From positions 1 through 56,734 of the forward strand of contig NIVC01001859.1 in the NCBI GenBank assembly GCA_002269645.1: DNA of 56,734 nucleotides, given 5' to 3'. The notes beneath the pieces were generated by a model that was given only the letters and a program-made list of their open reading frames with translations, had not been told where the DNA came from and did no database searches. This document shows positions 39,087 to 51,820 of the stretch, in pieces (within the stretch, counting starts at the first letter, position 1; every line of letters starts with the position of its first letter). The stretch is from Macrostomum lignano (lineage: Eukaryota). A program made the translations under genes and the position numbers.

Positions 39087-40690
39087 GCCTGAGTGTCACA
39101 ATTACCAGAGTGTCACAATTCCCTGAGTGTCACAATTCCCTGAGTGTCACAATTCCCTAAGTGTCACAATTCCCTGAGTGTCACAATTCCCTGAGTGTCA
39201 CAATTCCCTGAGTGTCACAATCCACTGAGTGTCACAATTCCCTGAGTTTCAGAATTCCCCGAGTGTCACAATTCCCTGAGTGTCACAGTCCCCTGAGTGT
39301 CACAATCCCCTGAGTATCACAATTTCCTGGGTTTCACAATTCCCTGAGTGTCACAGTCCCCTGAGTGTCACAATTCCCTGAGTGTCACAATTTCCTGAGT
39401 GTCACAATTCCCTGAGTTTCAGAATTCCCCGAGTGTCACTATTTGGTAAGTGTCACAATCCACTGAGTGTCACAATTTCCTGGGTTTCACAATTCCCTGA
39501 ATGTCACAATCCCCTGAGTGTCACAATCCCCTGAGTGTCACAATCCCCTGAGTATCACAATTTCCTGGGTTTCACAATTCCCTGAGTGTCACAGTCCCCT
39601 GAGTGTCACAATTTCCTGAGTGTCACAATTTCCTGAGTGTCACAATTCCCTGAGTTTCAGAATTCCCCGAGTGTCACTATTTGGTAAGTGTCACAATCCA
39701 CTGAGTGTCACAATTTCCTGGGTTTCACAATTCCCTGAATGTCACAATCCCCTGAGTGTCACAATCCCCTGAGTGTCACAATCCCCTGAGTATCACAATT
39801 TCCTGGGTTTCACAATTCCCTGAGTGTCACAGTCCCCTGAGTGTCACAATTTCCTGAGTGTCACAATTCCCTGAGAGTCAAAATCCCCTGAGTGTCACAA
39901 TTTCCTGAGTGTCTCAATTCCCTGGGTTTCACAATTCCCTGTGTGTCAAAATTCCCTGAGTGTCACAATTACCTGGGTTTCACAATTCCCTGTGTGTCAA
40001 AATTCCCTGAGTGTCACAGTCCCCTGAGTGTCACAATTCCCTGAGTGTCACAATTCCCTGAGTGTCACAATTCCTTGAGTGTCACAATTCCCCGAGTGTC
40101 ACAATTCCCTGAGTGTCTCAATTCCCCGAGTGTCTCAATTCCCTGAGTGTCACAATTCCCTGAGTGTCTCAATTCCCCGAGTGTCTCAATTCCCCGAGTG
40201 TCTCAATTCCCCGAGTGTCTCAATTCCCTGAGTGTCACAATTTCCTGGGTTTCACAATTCCCTGAGTGTCACAGTCCCCTGAGTGTCTCAATTCCCCGAG
40301 TGTCTCAATTCCCTGAGTGTCACAATTCCCTGAGTGTCTCAATTCCCCGAGTGTCTCAATTTCTTGAGTGTCACAATTCCCTGAGTGTCAGAATTCCCCG
40401 AGTGTCACAACTCCCTGAGTGTCACAATTCCCTGAGTGTCACAATTCCCTGTGTGTCACAATTCCCTGAGTGTCACAATTCCCTGAGTGTCACAATTCCC
40501 TGAGTGTCACAATTCCCTGTGTGTCACAATTCCCTGAGTGTCACAATTCCCTGAGTGTCACAATTCCCCGAGTGTCACAACTCCCTGAGTGTCACAATTC
40601 CCTGAGTGTCACAATTCCCTGAGTGTCACAATTCCCTGAGTGTCACAATTCCCTGAGTGTCACAATTCCCTGTGTGTCACTAGTTACACA
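39087..40690. repeat. 17-bp minisatellite (GTGTCACAATTCCCTGA), about 95 copies
   Basis: Seen directly. Confidence 0.97.
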
Positions 40691-41415
40691 AGTGTCACAA
40701 CGCCCAAAGTCTCAACCCCCCCCCCTCCTGAGCGTCACCAAAGTGTCACAGGAGCCTGAAATTTCGTAAACCAAACTAACTGCCACACATTTTAAAGGCT
40801 TTTTGCAGTTCACCCGGACTGAGCAGAGCTCAATAAACTGCTTTTGGATCCATATTTTTATCCATTCTGTTTCTGTTTAAAGGACAAATTATTATAATTA
40901 TCATACTGCGCAGTAAAAACTTCAGTAAACGCGATAACGATCCAGCATAATGAATGCAAAACGCTATCATTTTGCAAAGTCCATTGCACAGTTAAACAAG
41001 AAGCTGAACTTCGTTTGATAAGAAGTTGTCTTTCTTAGACTTGAAGAAACTAACAGAAAAGAAGGCTTCTCAATTTGAAATCTTTAGTCTAGAAAAAAGA
41101 AAAATCCGAACTCAAAGCTGACGCACAGTCAAACTCACCTCAACTCACGTCAAGCATCAAATGCAAGCTCAGAAATAGAAGTTTGCAATAGCTTATCAGC
41201 AAACTATACACATGTGCAGATAAGACTATGACAGCAGCCTAAGGCAGTCTCGCACAAACTCACAGAGAAACATGCATGCCATTTATGTATCTTTCTACGA
41301 CTCAATACTGTACTAGAAGTAGATTTCATTATGTTAGACAGCTAGGCGTAAGCTTTTACAGCGAGTTGTAAATAGAAACCCAATATAGTTGCCTTTTTAT
41401 TAACGATTCATCCCT

Positions 41416-42194
41416 GTGCGGGCCACTTTAATTTTGAGTAGTGGTGACAATCCAGCCTTCGGGTCATTTGAAACCCCAGGTATCTTGTCATCTCTCTATT
41501 CTCCTCTCTCCTCATTTCTCTCCCCTCTCCTCTCTTCTCTCCTCTCTCCTCTCTCCTCCTTTCTCTCCTCTCTCCTCCTTTCTCTCCTCTCTCCTCTCTC
41601 CTCCTTTCTCTCCTCTCTCCTCTCTCCTCCTTTCTCTCCTCTCTCCTCCCTTCTCTCCTCTCTCCTCTCCTCTCTTCTCTTCTCTCCTCTCTCCTCCCTT
41701 CTCTCCTCTCCTCTCTCCTCCCTTCTCTCCTCTCTCCTCTCCTCTCTTCTCTTCTCTCCTCTCTCCTCCCTTCTCTCCTCTCCTCTCTCCTCCCTTCTCT
41801 CCTCTCTCCTCTCTCCTCCTTTCTCTCCTCTCTCCTCTCTTCTCTCCTCTCTCCTCCTTTCTCTCCTCTCTCCTCCCTTCTCTCCTTTCTCCTCTCTCCT
41901 CCTTTCTCTCCTCTCTCCTCCTTTCTCTCCTCTCTCCTCCCTTCTCTCCTCTCTCCTCTCTCCTCCTTTCTCTCCTCTCTCCTCCTTTCTCTCCTCCCTT
42001 CTCTCCTCGCTACTCTCCTCTCTCCTTTCTACTCTCCTCTCTCCTTTTCTATTTCGTCCCTCTCTCTTCTCATTTATTCCCTCGCCTCTCCATTCTCCTA
42101 TCTCTCTCCCGTCTCCTCTCTCTCCTCTCTAGCCCGCAGCCCTGAGCTAGATTCTCTATCTCGCCATTGAGATAAAAAAGTTTGCCAACCCCTG
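41416..42194 (-). mobile_element. Non-autonomous hAT-like element with an expanded internal CT-rich tract (41490-42131)
   Basis: Ends in TTTGCCAACCCCTG (reverse complement CAGGGGTTGGCAAA); both flanks of the CT tract resemble the element at 55713-56062; the other TIR was not found. Confidence 0.55.
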
Positions 42195-42635
42195 ATTGCC
42201 AACCCCCAAGGCACAGAGACTGTACATGTGTGAGCGTGTGTATGAGTGCCTCAGGTGCTCAGGAGTCAGCGGAATGGCCAGAATTGGCTCAACGCTGATT
42301 GGTTGGGGGAAGATTCATATCATACATGTGCAACCCCCCCCCTGATTTACACCAAAAATACGACTTACCTGTGAAAGAAACTTATAAGAAGCTCAACGCA
42401 ATTTCGAGTAAACGGCAAGAGTCACTATTACTGTTTTACTAAGGATAACCGCCTCGTCATCTAATTAGTACTACGCCTGGATTCTTTTGGGTGGGCATTT
42501 TTGTGACTTACTCCTGGTCCACCACAATCTACGATGGCCGGATCGGCCAGGTCGGCCAGCAGTTGCGCATGTATGCTGCAGATCATGTGATTAAATAATA
42601 TTATTACTATTATAAGCCCCAGGCTTCCAGCTCAC

Positions 42636-43051
42636 CACAGTATGATGCCATCGTCACATTTTTTATACAAATCCGAGCCGTCCTCTTCAAACGGCAGATA
42701 CCTCTGACAGTCTTCGTCTGCCGCCAGGTTCTTGTTGAGCCAATCGGCGAAGGCCACCTGCTCCTCCAGCCGAACCGAATGCTTCACATCGTTCGACCCA
42801 GTCTTGGAGCCGTGCGTCATCAAATCGCTTCGAGATTTCACCATCCGGTGCAGATTCGAACCAAAGTCTGACTGGCGCAGTTCACGGTACAGGGCGCGGA
42901 ATTCTTCGAAATCAATCATGCCGTCGCGCTGTTTGACGTCGTATTTCTCAGCGAGATCGCGCACCTGATAGCGGGCCATCTTGAAGCCGCAGATCTCCAG
43001 AGCTGTTTGCAGCTCTTCGAACTCGATCACACCGTTGCCGTTGCTGTCCAG
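42636..43051 (-). CDS. PLS: Plastin exon 2 (EF-hands and CH1 start: LDSNGNGVIEFEEL..YDVKQRDGMIDFEEF..HSVRLEEQVAFADWLN..DLYKKCDDGIIL(C))
   Basis: Canonical EF-hand loop DSNGNGVIEFEE; HS...EE..AF..W.N and DGIILCK motifs; acceptor CGCAG, donor GTGAGC. Confidence 0.96.
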
Positions 43052-43194
43052 CTGCGAGGCAGGAGGGGATTCATGTCGGCTGCCTATTATCCCTGTAGCT
43101 GATGAAGCTTATTGGAGGCTGTGTGTCATCATAACTTCCCTCCCTGTCCCACTGCCTGATCTGATTCTCTGTACCCCTCTCTTCACGAGTATGA

Positions 43195-43690
43195 TTATCT
43201 CTTTCTCACTGTCTGACTCTCACTTTCTCACTTTCTCACTGTCTGACTCACTTTTTCACTGTCTGACTCTCACTTTTTCACTGTCTGACTCTCTCTTTCT
43301 CACAGTCTGAATCTCTCTTTCTCATTGTCTGAATCTCTCTTTCTCATTGTCTGAATCTCTCTTGCTTATTGCCTGACTCTCTTTTTCTCATTGTTTGACT
43401 CTCTCTCTCTCTCTCTCTTTCTCACTGTCTGACTCTCACTGTCGGAATCTCTCTTTCTTATTGTCTGAATCTCTCTTTCTCATTGTCTGAATCTCTCTTC
43501 TCACTGTCTGACTCTCTTTCTCACTGTCTGACTCTATTTTCGACTGTCTGACTCTATTTTCGACTGTCTGACTCTTTTCGACTGACTGACTCTCTTTCTG
43601 TCTGAATTTCCTTTTCCCTGTCAGACTCTCCTTCACACTTTCTGACTCTCTTACCCACTCAGCCCGGACTCTAATTCTTATCGATCTCTT
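43195..43690. repeat. Degenerate CTCACTGTCTGACTCT-type repeat in plastin intron 1
   Basis: Seen directly. Confidence 0.8.
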
Positions 43691-45462
43691 TCTGACAATA
43701 TAATGCCTAATGTTATTGATGACCATAACAGAGCATCACAGCAAAGTGCATAGCCGAGGCTATGAAGAAAAGTACAAATTATGGGTAATAAAATATTGCA
43801 TAAAACTTTCAAGATATGCAGCACCGAACTGCAACCTTATATAATCCAATAGCGATTGGTTGGATCAATAAACCCAGTTCGTTAAGTATACAGTATATAG
43901 ATCGCTTGCAAAGAAAGACAATGCTTCAATAGGCTTAGCCTATATAGTCAGCCAATTCACAGATAGAGCCGCCCAAACAGCGAGAGAACACTGGCCAGAT
44001 ATCCCATGAGAAGACCCTCGATCTCCCTTAGTACACAGCATATTAACACTGCTTCAGCCAGCCAAGCTTTCACTCAGTGAAGAGAGTAACTATAAGCTAA
44101 CTGGCAGCAATGCTCGGGCTGGGTTAAACTTAAAGAGTTGAATATGACGCGCGCAGGTCACTGTATATATATGTATTGATCAATCCGCACACTGCTCAGC
44201 CGTCTAGAATTGATTGCCACATTTGGAAGAAAACTTGTAAGCTTAGACGGCGAGGTAAAGAAAGTATAGAGAAGGGAAAAATCCTCTCTATCTTCTTTAT
44301 CTTTACATTTATTAATGACTTAGATTATTCCTTACTGTTACACCTATAGGGAATTTTGAGCTTTGTCTTTCTTTAGCAGCCTAGGCACTGTTATCAACAC
44401 TCGAATAACCAATAAATCAAACAATTGTTCGACGACAAGCCTTTTATATAGCTAAAGTCTCGTGAATTGAACGAAATTGAGCTTAAAGGTCACTTGGTGC
44501 TATTTTGAGCAGTTTAACATTTTAGAATTTTTTTCGCAGTGATTTTATACTAAAGCCCATTTGATATTTGATAGAAAAAAAGGCATTCGATCAAAATAAA
44601 CTGGACATCGCACGAATGTATGACCGTTTCTTGGAAAGCACATTTGAAAAACACAGGATTGGGCACATCGCCATGGATTTCATGGTGCGTGGGACAAAGC
44701 CAGGAATTTTACGAGTACATGCCCATTTTTTTCAGAATTGGTGTTGCCAGCGATTATTTTAGCGCCGCAGGCACTCATTTTAGCGATGCAGGGACCATTT
44801 TAGTGTCGCAGGCATTCATTTTAGCGCCACACGTACCAATTTATGTTTTGATGGACTGAAGAAAATGTATTGATTTCTATAACAGGTCAACAAAGATGGT
44901 TTGGGGGGACAAAGCATTGGCATGTCCTCCCATAGATTTTACTTGGGGACACATGTCCCCCCTGTCTCCCTGGTGGCGACGCCCCTGCACAGGATAAATA
45001 AAAAATGGACGAAACAAACTCAATTAAATGGAAAAGCTAATATAATACATTGACTAATACCATTGTACTAAAAGAATCAATAAGATTATACAAAATTCAA
45101 AGCGTTTATGAGCAGAGTGTAATAATATGACTAAAGATAAATAAATATATAAGTAAATAAAATTTTTTATTGTAAAGCTTAGGGGTAGGTCATTATATGG
45201 CTAATTTCATAATCTTGGTAAGTTAAATTTTATCTAGAAACTAAGTTTCAAAATAAGACAGTACATATGAAAATAACAAATTAATAAAGATGAACATGAA
45301 CATAACCAAGTAAAGGAGCTAAACAATGCAATTTATTAAGCATTTTTGATAGCCACTTACATGCTTGCCTTTTTAGTTATATAAGTAGAAAGTAGTATTG
45401 TGCTAGTAGGTCTATTTATAAAAATGTAATAAATGAGACAACACAGAAAATCTTGAACTTAC

Positions 45463-45528
45463 AGTTTCAAAAGTAGCAACCAGCTCATCCATTTGCTCCG
45501 GAAGCAAGTCACTGACATTACTTGTCAT
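45463..45528 (-). CDS. PLS: Plastin first coding exon (MTSNVSDLLPEQMDELVATFET)
   Basis: Resembles the plastin N-terminus (VSD..M.EL...F); phase-0 donor GTAAGT joins directly to LDSNGNG of exon 2. Confidence 0.85.
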
Positions 45529-46273
45529 TTTAAGATTTCAGATGCTTTAAATAATTAATAAAATAAATAATGAATAGCATACAAGTTAGGATAGAATATA
45601 TTAACTCTTGGATCGTTTCTCTTAAAACTATTAGCGGTTGAGTTTAAAAAGCAAAAAATTTAAATAGGCCTACAGCCTTTTTCCTAGTAAAGAGTCTTCT
45701 TCACTATTTTAGTTTCAGTATCTGTAATCATCCATGGGCTTGTCTACAGACTTAATAAATGTTCAAAAAACCCACGTTGAATTTTTGAAAGAGAAGTGTC
45801 ACACCCAATAGAAAATTTCTAAAAGAACCATAAAATATTTTACAAAGTTAATGTGAATAAAATTAAAAAGAACACAAAGTTTTTAAACTTTTCTTTTTAT
45901 CAGATATAAGTACAGTTATTTGTTTCTGATGTTTTAATAAATGGTAGTTTCGCAGAAAAAAATTCAAGTCGGACACGCGCTCTTGCGAACTGCATGCATT
46001 GCACAACTTCGTGAGTGGAATACCGGTGAATCAGGGGGGCATAGTCACCTACACCACCTTATTAATTGAAAGGGAAGCTTGCGACTATGGTGGTTGTGTA
46101 ATAGTGGAACTCTGATTGGTCAGTAAAATATATTAATTGCCAAAATCTTAAATACTCTGATTCTGACACGATGACGACAGAAGGAAAGGAAACTTATCAT
46201 GCTTATGCTAGGCATATGCGCGATGCGATGCGGATTAGCCGCGCTTGCCTGATCTCTGAAGATGGACAGCGAT

Positions 46274-46283
46274 CTATTTATAG
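46274..46283 (-). promoter_or_regulatory. Candidate TATA box (TATAAATA on the minus strand) / MEF2-like CTATTTATAG in a CpG-richer patch upstream of plastin
   Basis: Motif match about 750 bp upstream of the ATG, with a CCAAT motif near 46115; such motifs occur by chance in AT-rich DNA. Confidence 0.25.
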
Positions 46284-47598
46284 GCCCTGCCCCGACCCGA
46301 CTAACTGTTAATAACGATTGATGCTGATAGGAGATGTAGGAGTAACGAGCATTGGCTTGGCTAGGGTCAGGAGGGGCAAACTTGCAAAGTAATGAAAATG
46401 CCAGTGGGACTCAGTGCCAACAATGCAGTGCCAACTACCACAAATTTGACAAAAATACTTTAGGCCTATTTGAATTTATAGGTAGGAGGTAAAGTGTTAA
46501 CTTAACATATTTTATTGATCTCTTCTACTTTCTTAAATTTTTGTAAGGTCTGTGATTATCCTCTTTTTGTATGTGTATGTGCCTAGTGGGAAAAGTTCTA
46601 TGTTGGAATTTTGAGGCCATTAGGCTTTGTAGGGTCCAAAAACTTGTATGTTTTTATTGTTCTAAGGCATTATAAATAGGTAAAATTACATATTATATAT
46701 TTCTACTAGGCCTAGGCTAGGCCTATCTATTAAGTCTTAATGGATGTATCTATTGTGCAGATTAGGCCTATTATCATATTTGATTTTTGTGACTAAATAA
46801 TTAAAGTAATAATAAGTAATAATTTCTGTGATTATTATTACTATTAGGCCCCTAAAATCATGATAGGGGCCTAGTCACTTTTGTAAGCCCCAACCAAGTA
46901 ATATAATAAACAAAAGTACTAATGTAGACCCAGTTTTAATGGCAATACTAGACCTTTCACCCTTTGGTTTATTGATCAATTTTTGAATGAATAGGCTCTA
47001 ATAATTGTTTTAAAAAAGTTATATAAAATAAAAAATATTTTATCATTGAAAACACAAAATTTTAATAGAAAAACTTTAATAAAAAGTTAATTAAACTAAT
47101 ATTAAGCCAAATTTTTGTAAAGATAATAACAAATTATATAATCTTTTTTAAAATGCTTTGAAAAATTAATCTAGGGCTTTTCTATGATATAAACTAATAA
47201 AAAAGACAAGTTTAATATGGAGTAATAAATAAAATAAAAAAGTTATTATAGAAATAGCTACAATAAATACTAATATTAATAGCTTTTTTCATTCTTAGGG
47301 GCCTAATCAACCTTTTGCATTATACACTAGATATTATATATTACAAAAGTCTGCAATATACATACATGCCTAATACCCATCTGACCCATCCAAACTAGAG
47401 AGGTAAAATGGCTACTAGCCAAGGTAAGTTGCAAAATTGAAAATACAAGAAATGGGAGAAAAAAAGGAGAGGAAAAGAAAAGAAAAAAGGAAAAAAAGAT
47501 AGAGGAAAAAGAGGAGAGAGAAACAAAAAGAGAAGAATAGAAAAAAGGCAAGAAAAGTCAAATACAAAATGAAAATTAAGTCGCAATTGAGAGGAACT

Positions 47599-47831
47599 TG
47601 TACTTTGAGGCAGCGTGGCCAAATGAATTACAATTCAAGAAGCAATTGCAGGGTAGAAAAGTAACAAAGGCTTGAAAGGCTGGTGCACACTTATATTAAA
47701 ATTTACCTACTAACCAGCATGATTCAGCAAACCCCCACCTAGCCTAGGCTAGTCTGGGCAGACAGACAACCCCCCCCCCAGCCAATCAAAATGCAAGAAC
47801 CCTAACCGGCATACAAGCCGCATACACAACA
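47599..47831 (-). repeat. 3-prime LTR of the Gypsy element
   Basis: Direct repeat of 51820-52051; starts TGTTGTG on the minus strand next to the PPT; the outer end appears to lack 3 bp. Confidence 0.93.
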
Positions 47832-47949
47832 TCACCCCCCTCAAAAATCAAACAAAAGCAATGCATGGGGAACACAACAGTCCATAGAGTGCGCACAGTC
47901 AAAAGTTATTCAGTTCCCAAATCAACTCATGCTGAACTGGACCGGAGCT

Positions 47950-50900
47950 CTTCTGGTTCAACTGCTTTGTCTTGGCGGAGTTGGCGGCGTCTTGTTTGTT
48001 GGCGCCCTTGCCAGCGGCACTAGCACTGGCACCGGTGTTGGCGCCATCAGAGCACTAAGTCTGGCATCAGTTGTGTGGCTATCCACTGATAGTGTATTTG
48101 GAACGTGAACCAGATTGTCAGAGTGCCATCGCGTGCCACTGTCTAGCTGCCAGGATTCTAGGCCCAGCCACGGGGGAATCATTCGAGTCTCGCCAAGCCT
48201 TGTTGCCAGCTTGTTGGCCCTCTGTGGCCTGCGGATGTGTACGGAGTTGCCAGTCTGCAGTGGTCGGGCTCCTCAGCGCCGGTCGGTAGCCAGCCTGGCT
48301 TTCTCCTTGTTGGCCTGGCCTCGATGCTCGGTCTCTGATGGCACCATTGGAATCAGGGGGTGGATGCCTCGGTTCCACTGGCTCAGAGGTCCTTGAAATG
48401 GCCAACCAACTATCAGCTCAGCCGGAGTCTGGCCCGTGGTTGCATTTGCTATCAACCGGTAGCATTGCAGAAACTTGCAGATTGCTTCCTTGAAGCTGAT
48501 GCCATCCTTGAGTTGCGCCTTTAGCGACTCCTTCAGGGTGCAGTTGAGGCACTCAACATTTGAGTTTGACTGCTAATGGTACAGCAAGGTCCTCGCATGC
48601 TGCACACAGTAGCTGACTAGAAACTCCTTGAAGGCGTAGCTGGTGAACTGTGGTCCGTTGTCAGTCATGATCTTGCCTGGAAGTCCCATCGAGCAAACAG
48701 GTCCTTGAGGAAGTTGGCGATGACCTTGGTTGTCATTGAAGCCATAGTCCAAATCTCTGGCCACTTGGAGTGTAGGTCAATGGCAACAATTGCAAATTGG
48801 CTGCTGGCTGGTGCTTCGTGGATCTTGCCAAAGATGTCCAGCTAAATCTAGCTAAACAGCTCTTTGGTCCACTCAGTTGTCTGCAATGGAGCAGCGGGTC
48901 GCTTCCACTTCTCTGCCAGGCAGCAGCTGACACAGGACTTGGCCAGATCCTCCAGTTGGGTGTCGATTCCTGGCCACCAGACCGTATCGCGAGCTCAGTG
49001 CTTCATCTTGACAATGCCACAATGTCCCTAGTGGATCAGCGCTAGTGCAGTGGTGCATAGACTCTTGGGCACAACCGCGCAGTTGCCGCAAACCAGGAAG
49101 TTGCCAACCATTGACATCTCGTCTCAGAGCTTGAAGATTTTCTCCTCATCTGTTGGTGGCTCCTTCCAGTTTGCTTGAAGCTTTGTGGAGACACTGCAAA
49201 TGAGTGGATCAGGCTGCAAGTGCCTGTCCAGCAGCTCGGCCAATAGAATCCCATCTAGCACCTGGTGGATGTCGGTGATCTTGTCGTCATTATCGTTGCT
49301 GTCTGTCAACTTGGGTGGTTGCTCGAAATGGGGCAGGAAGTCTGGCACAACATTGTCCTTTCCAGGCTTATACTCAATGCTGAAGTTGTACTACAGGAGC
49401 CAGTCATTCCATTGGTGGATCCGCAGCGGCTTGTGCCCAGTGCCTTGGGTACACAGCAGTGCCTTGGGAGCCAAATGGTCAGTGCGCAAAGTCAGCCATC
49501 TGCCATAGGTGTAGATGTGCCAGCGCTTGAGAGCCCAGATACACACCAGGGCCTTTTTCTTGCTAGCTGAGTATCTGGACTCTGTTGGTGTCAGTGCTTG
49601 CGAGGCGTAGGCCACCGGCTTCTCTGACTCGCCTATGCGTTGAAGCAGCACTGCACCAAGCGCAAAGTCAGATGCATTGCACTCAACAATTGTGTCAGCA
49701 TTGCATTCAAAGTGGCTTAGCACCAGCAGACTCGTCAGCTGTTGCTTGAGTTTGGCAAAAGCAGCATCCCACTCACTCGTCCAGTGGAAGACAGTGTCCT
49801 TCTTGAGCAGCTTTCGCAGTGGTCTCACTGTCTTAGCGAAATTGGGTATGAACTCGGCAAAGTAGTTGACAGTTGACAGAAATGACAAGATGCCCCATGC
49901 TGTCATCAGTGCTGGGATGCAGAGCACGTCTTCAATGTTAGACTTGGATGGTCGAACTCCATTGGCTGAGATCCTGTAGCCCAAGAACACAATTTCTAAG
50001 ATGCCAATCTGGCATTTCTTCTTGTTCAGTGTCAGCCCATTTTCACTAAGATGTTCAAGTACTGCCTGAAGCTGCTTGCCATGCTCCTCAGAGTTGACGC
50101 CGTGAATGACGATGTTGTCCACTAAGTGCCAGACACCCTTGATGTCGGCAAGAATGGTTGACAGGATTTTCTAGAAACAGGCACTGGGATTGGACATGTC
50201 AAATAGAACCCTCATGAACTGGTAAAGCCCACAGTGAGTGATGAATGCAGTCAGCTGCCTACTGCTGGGGTGCAGTGGGATCTGCAGGTAGCTCTGACTT
50301 CAGGTCTAGCTTGCTGAAGATCTGTGCGCCTGCAAACTCTGCGGCCAGCTCCTCCTGGGTTGGCATGGGAAACTTATCCCTTGGTTACAGTTGTGCAGAT
50401 CAATGCATAGTTGCAGGTCGCCATTCTTGGATACAACTAGATTGGAAACCCAGAGAGAGGCATCAGTCTTCTCGATGACACCTGCAGCCTTCATCTTGCT
50501 TAGCTTGTCCTTCACGCGGTCCTGAAATGCCAGCGGCATTCGGCGCAGTGGCTCAACTGTCGGTGTCGCATCCTGGCGCAGCTATGGTCGATGGCAAAAC
50601 TTCTTGGTCATACCAATGCCATCAAAGATTCCTGGGAACTCTCCAGCGATGTAATGGATGCTGCTGATTGCATTGGCTCGGATTGAGAATCCCAGCTTGT
50701 TTATGCCATTGAGACTGAGGATGTTGGCACCTTGTTCAGCAATGAAGAAGCAGCAGATGGCGGACTTGCCGCAGTGCACAACGCACAGCTCTGCAGTCTC
50801 GAGCACGTCCATTGCGGAGCCTCTGTACAAGAACAGCTGCTTCAGAGTCAGTGTGATGACAGGTTGCTTTGGCAGGCATTTCATAGTCTTCTCATTAATG

Positions 50901-51000
50901 ATGTTGACTCTTGAGCCCATGTCCAATAGGAGCCTGACGTCGATGTCAGCAATGCTGCACGTTGTGGAGTTAAGGAGCAACACTTCATATTCATACAAAT
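47950..51000 (-). pseudogene. Disrupted pol (protease, RT, RNase H, integrase)
   Basis: LLDMGSRVNII (PR), FLGY..FLSTVNY..FIPNFA (RT), ASDFALGAVL..PVAYAS (RH), H.GH.G..KMK..AR..VWWPGID..C..C and TDNGPQFTS (IN); many stops and frameshifts. Confidence 0.9.
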
Positions 51001-51049
51001 GGCTCGTTGTCTTTGTCCTTTATGGCGCAAACCTAGCGTCGCTGTTGGC

Positions 51050-51820
51050 AGCAAGCTTTGAAGTGTCAGACCTTGTGGCAGTGCAAGCAGGTCTTGTCTT
51101 TTGCTGGACACTCTAAGGCGCAGGTGGCGTGCCCAGCCCTCTTGCAGTTGCGGCACCATGTCTCTGTGCCGGATTTCTGCGGTGCCGCATGCTTGGGTCC
51201 CTTGTATGATGGCGTACACTGGCTGACCTTCTGGATGCGGGACTCATCCTTGTCGCTCTTGCCATCACACAGCTTCTTGGTGTCGTTGATTGCAGATTCA
51301 ACCTGAACCACAAATGTCATCGAGCTCGAGCCCTATCCAGCTCAAGCTCCTTCTCCATGAGTAGTCACTCTCAGATATGTGGCAAATAGGTCTTCTCAAT
51401 GATCTGGTCCCGGATAATTTGGTCACGGAGAGCACCATATTTGCAGTCTGCTGCAAGTTTTCAGAGGGCATCAACAAACTGGCTGACTGGTTCGCCTGGC
51501 ATCTGGGTGCATGACTTGAACTTGTAGCAGTTGCTGATCATGCTGTACGACTGACTAAAGATTGTTTTCAGTGCAGCCACCAGCTTGTCAAACGTATCAA
51601 CGCTTGTCGCGGGCAGATTCCTCAGTGTGTAGACTCTCTGGCCCTCCTCACCTAGCAGATGAATGAGAATTGCCTTCTTGCATGCATCTGATGCTTCATT
51701 TAGATCCAAGGCCTCCAGGTAAATCTTGAATCCTTCAATCCAACAATTTTAAGGCATGTGTTGCTGTCCTAGGTGGGCAAGAAACACGCGTGGCTCGGAA
51801 ATGCTTAGACTTGTCGCCAT
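51050..51820 (-). pseudogene. Disrupted gag with CCHC zinc knuckles
   Basis: ILIHLLGEEGQRVY, C.YG.LRDQIIRDQII, CRNCKRAGH..CPAKDKTCLHC.KV.HF; in-frame stops. Confidence 0.85.

Noticed and set aside
44890-44990. GGCGACGCCCCTG hAT-like terminus
   Set aside because: The partner TIR was not found, so element limits are unsupported
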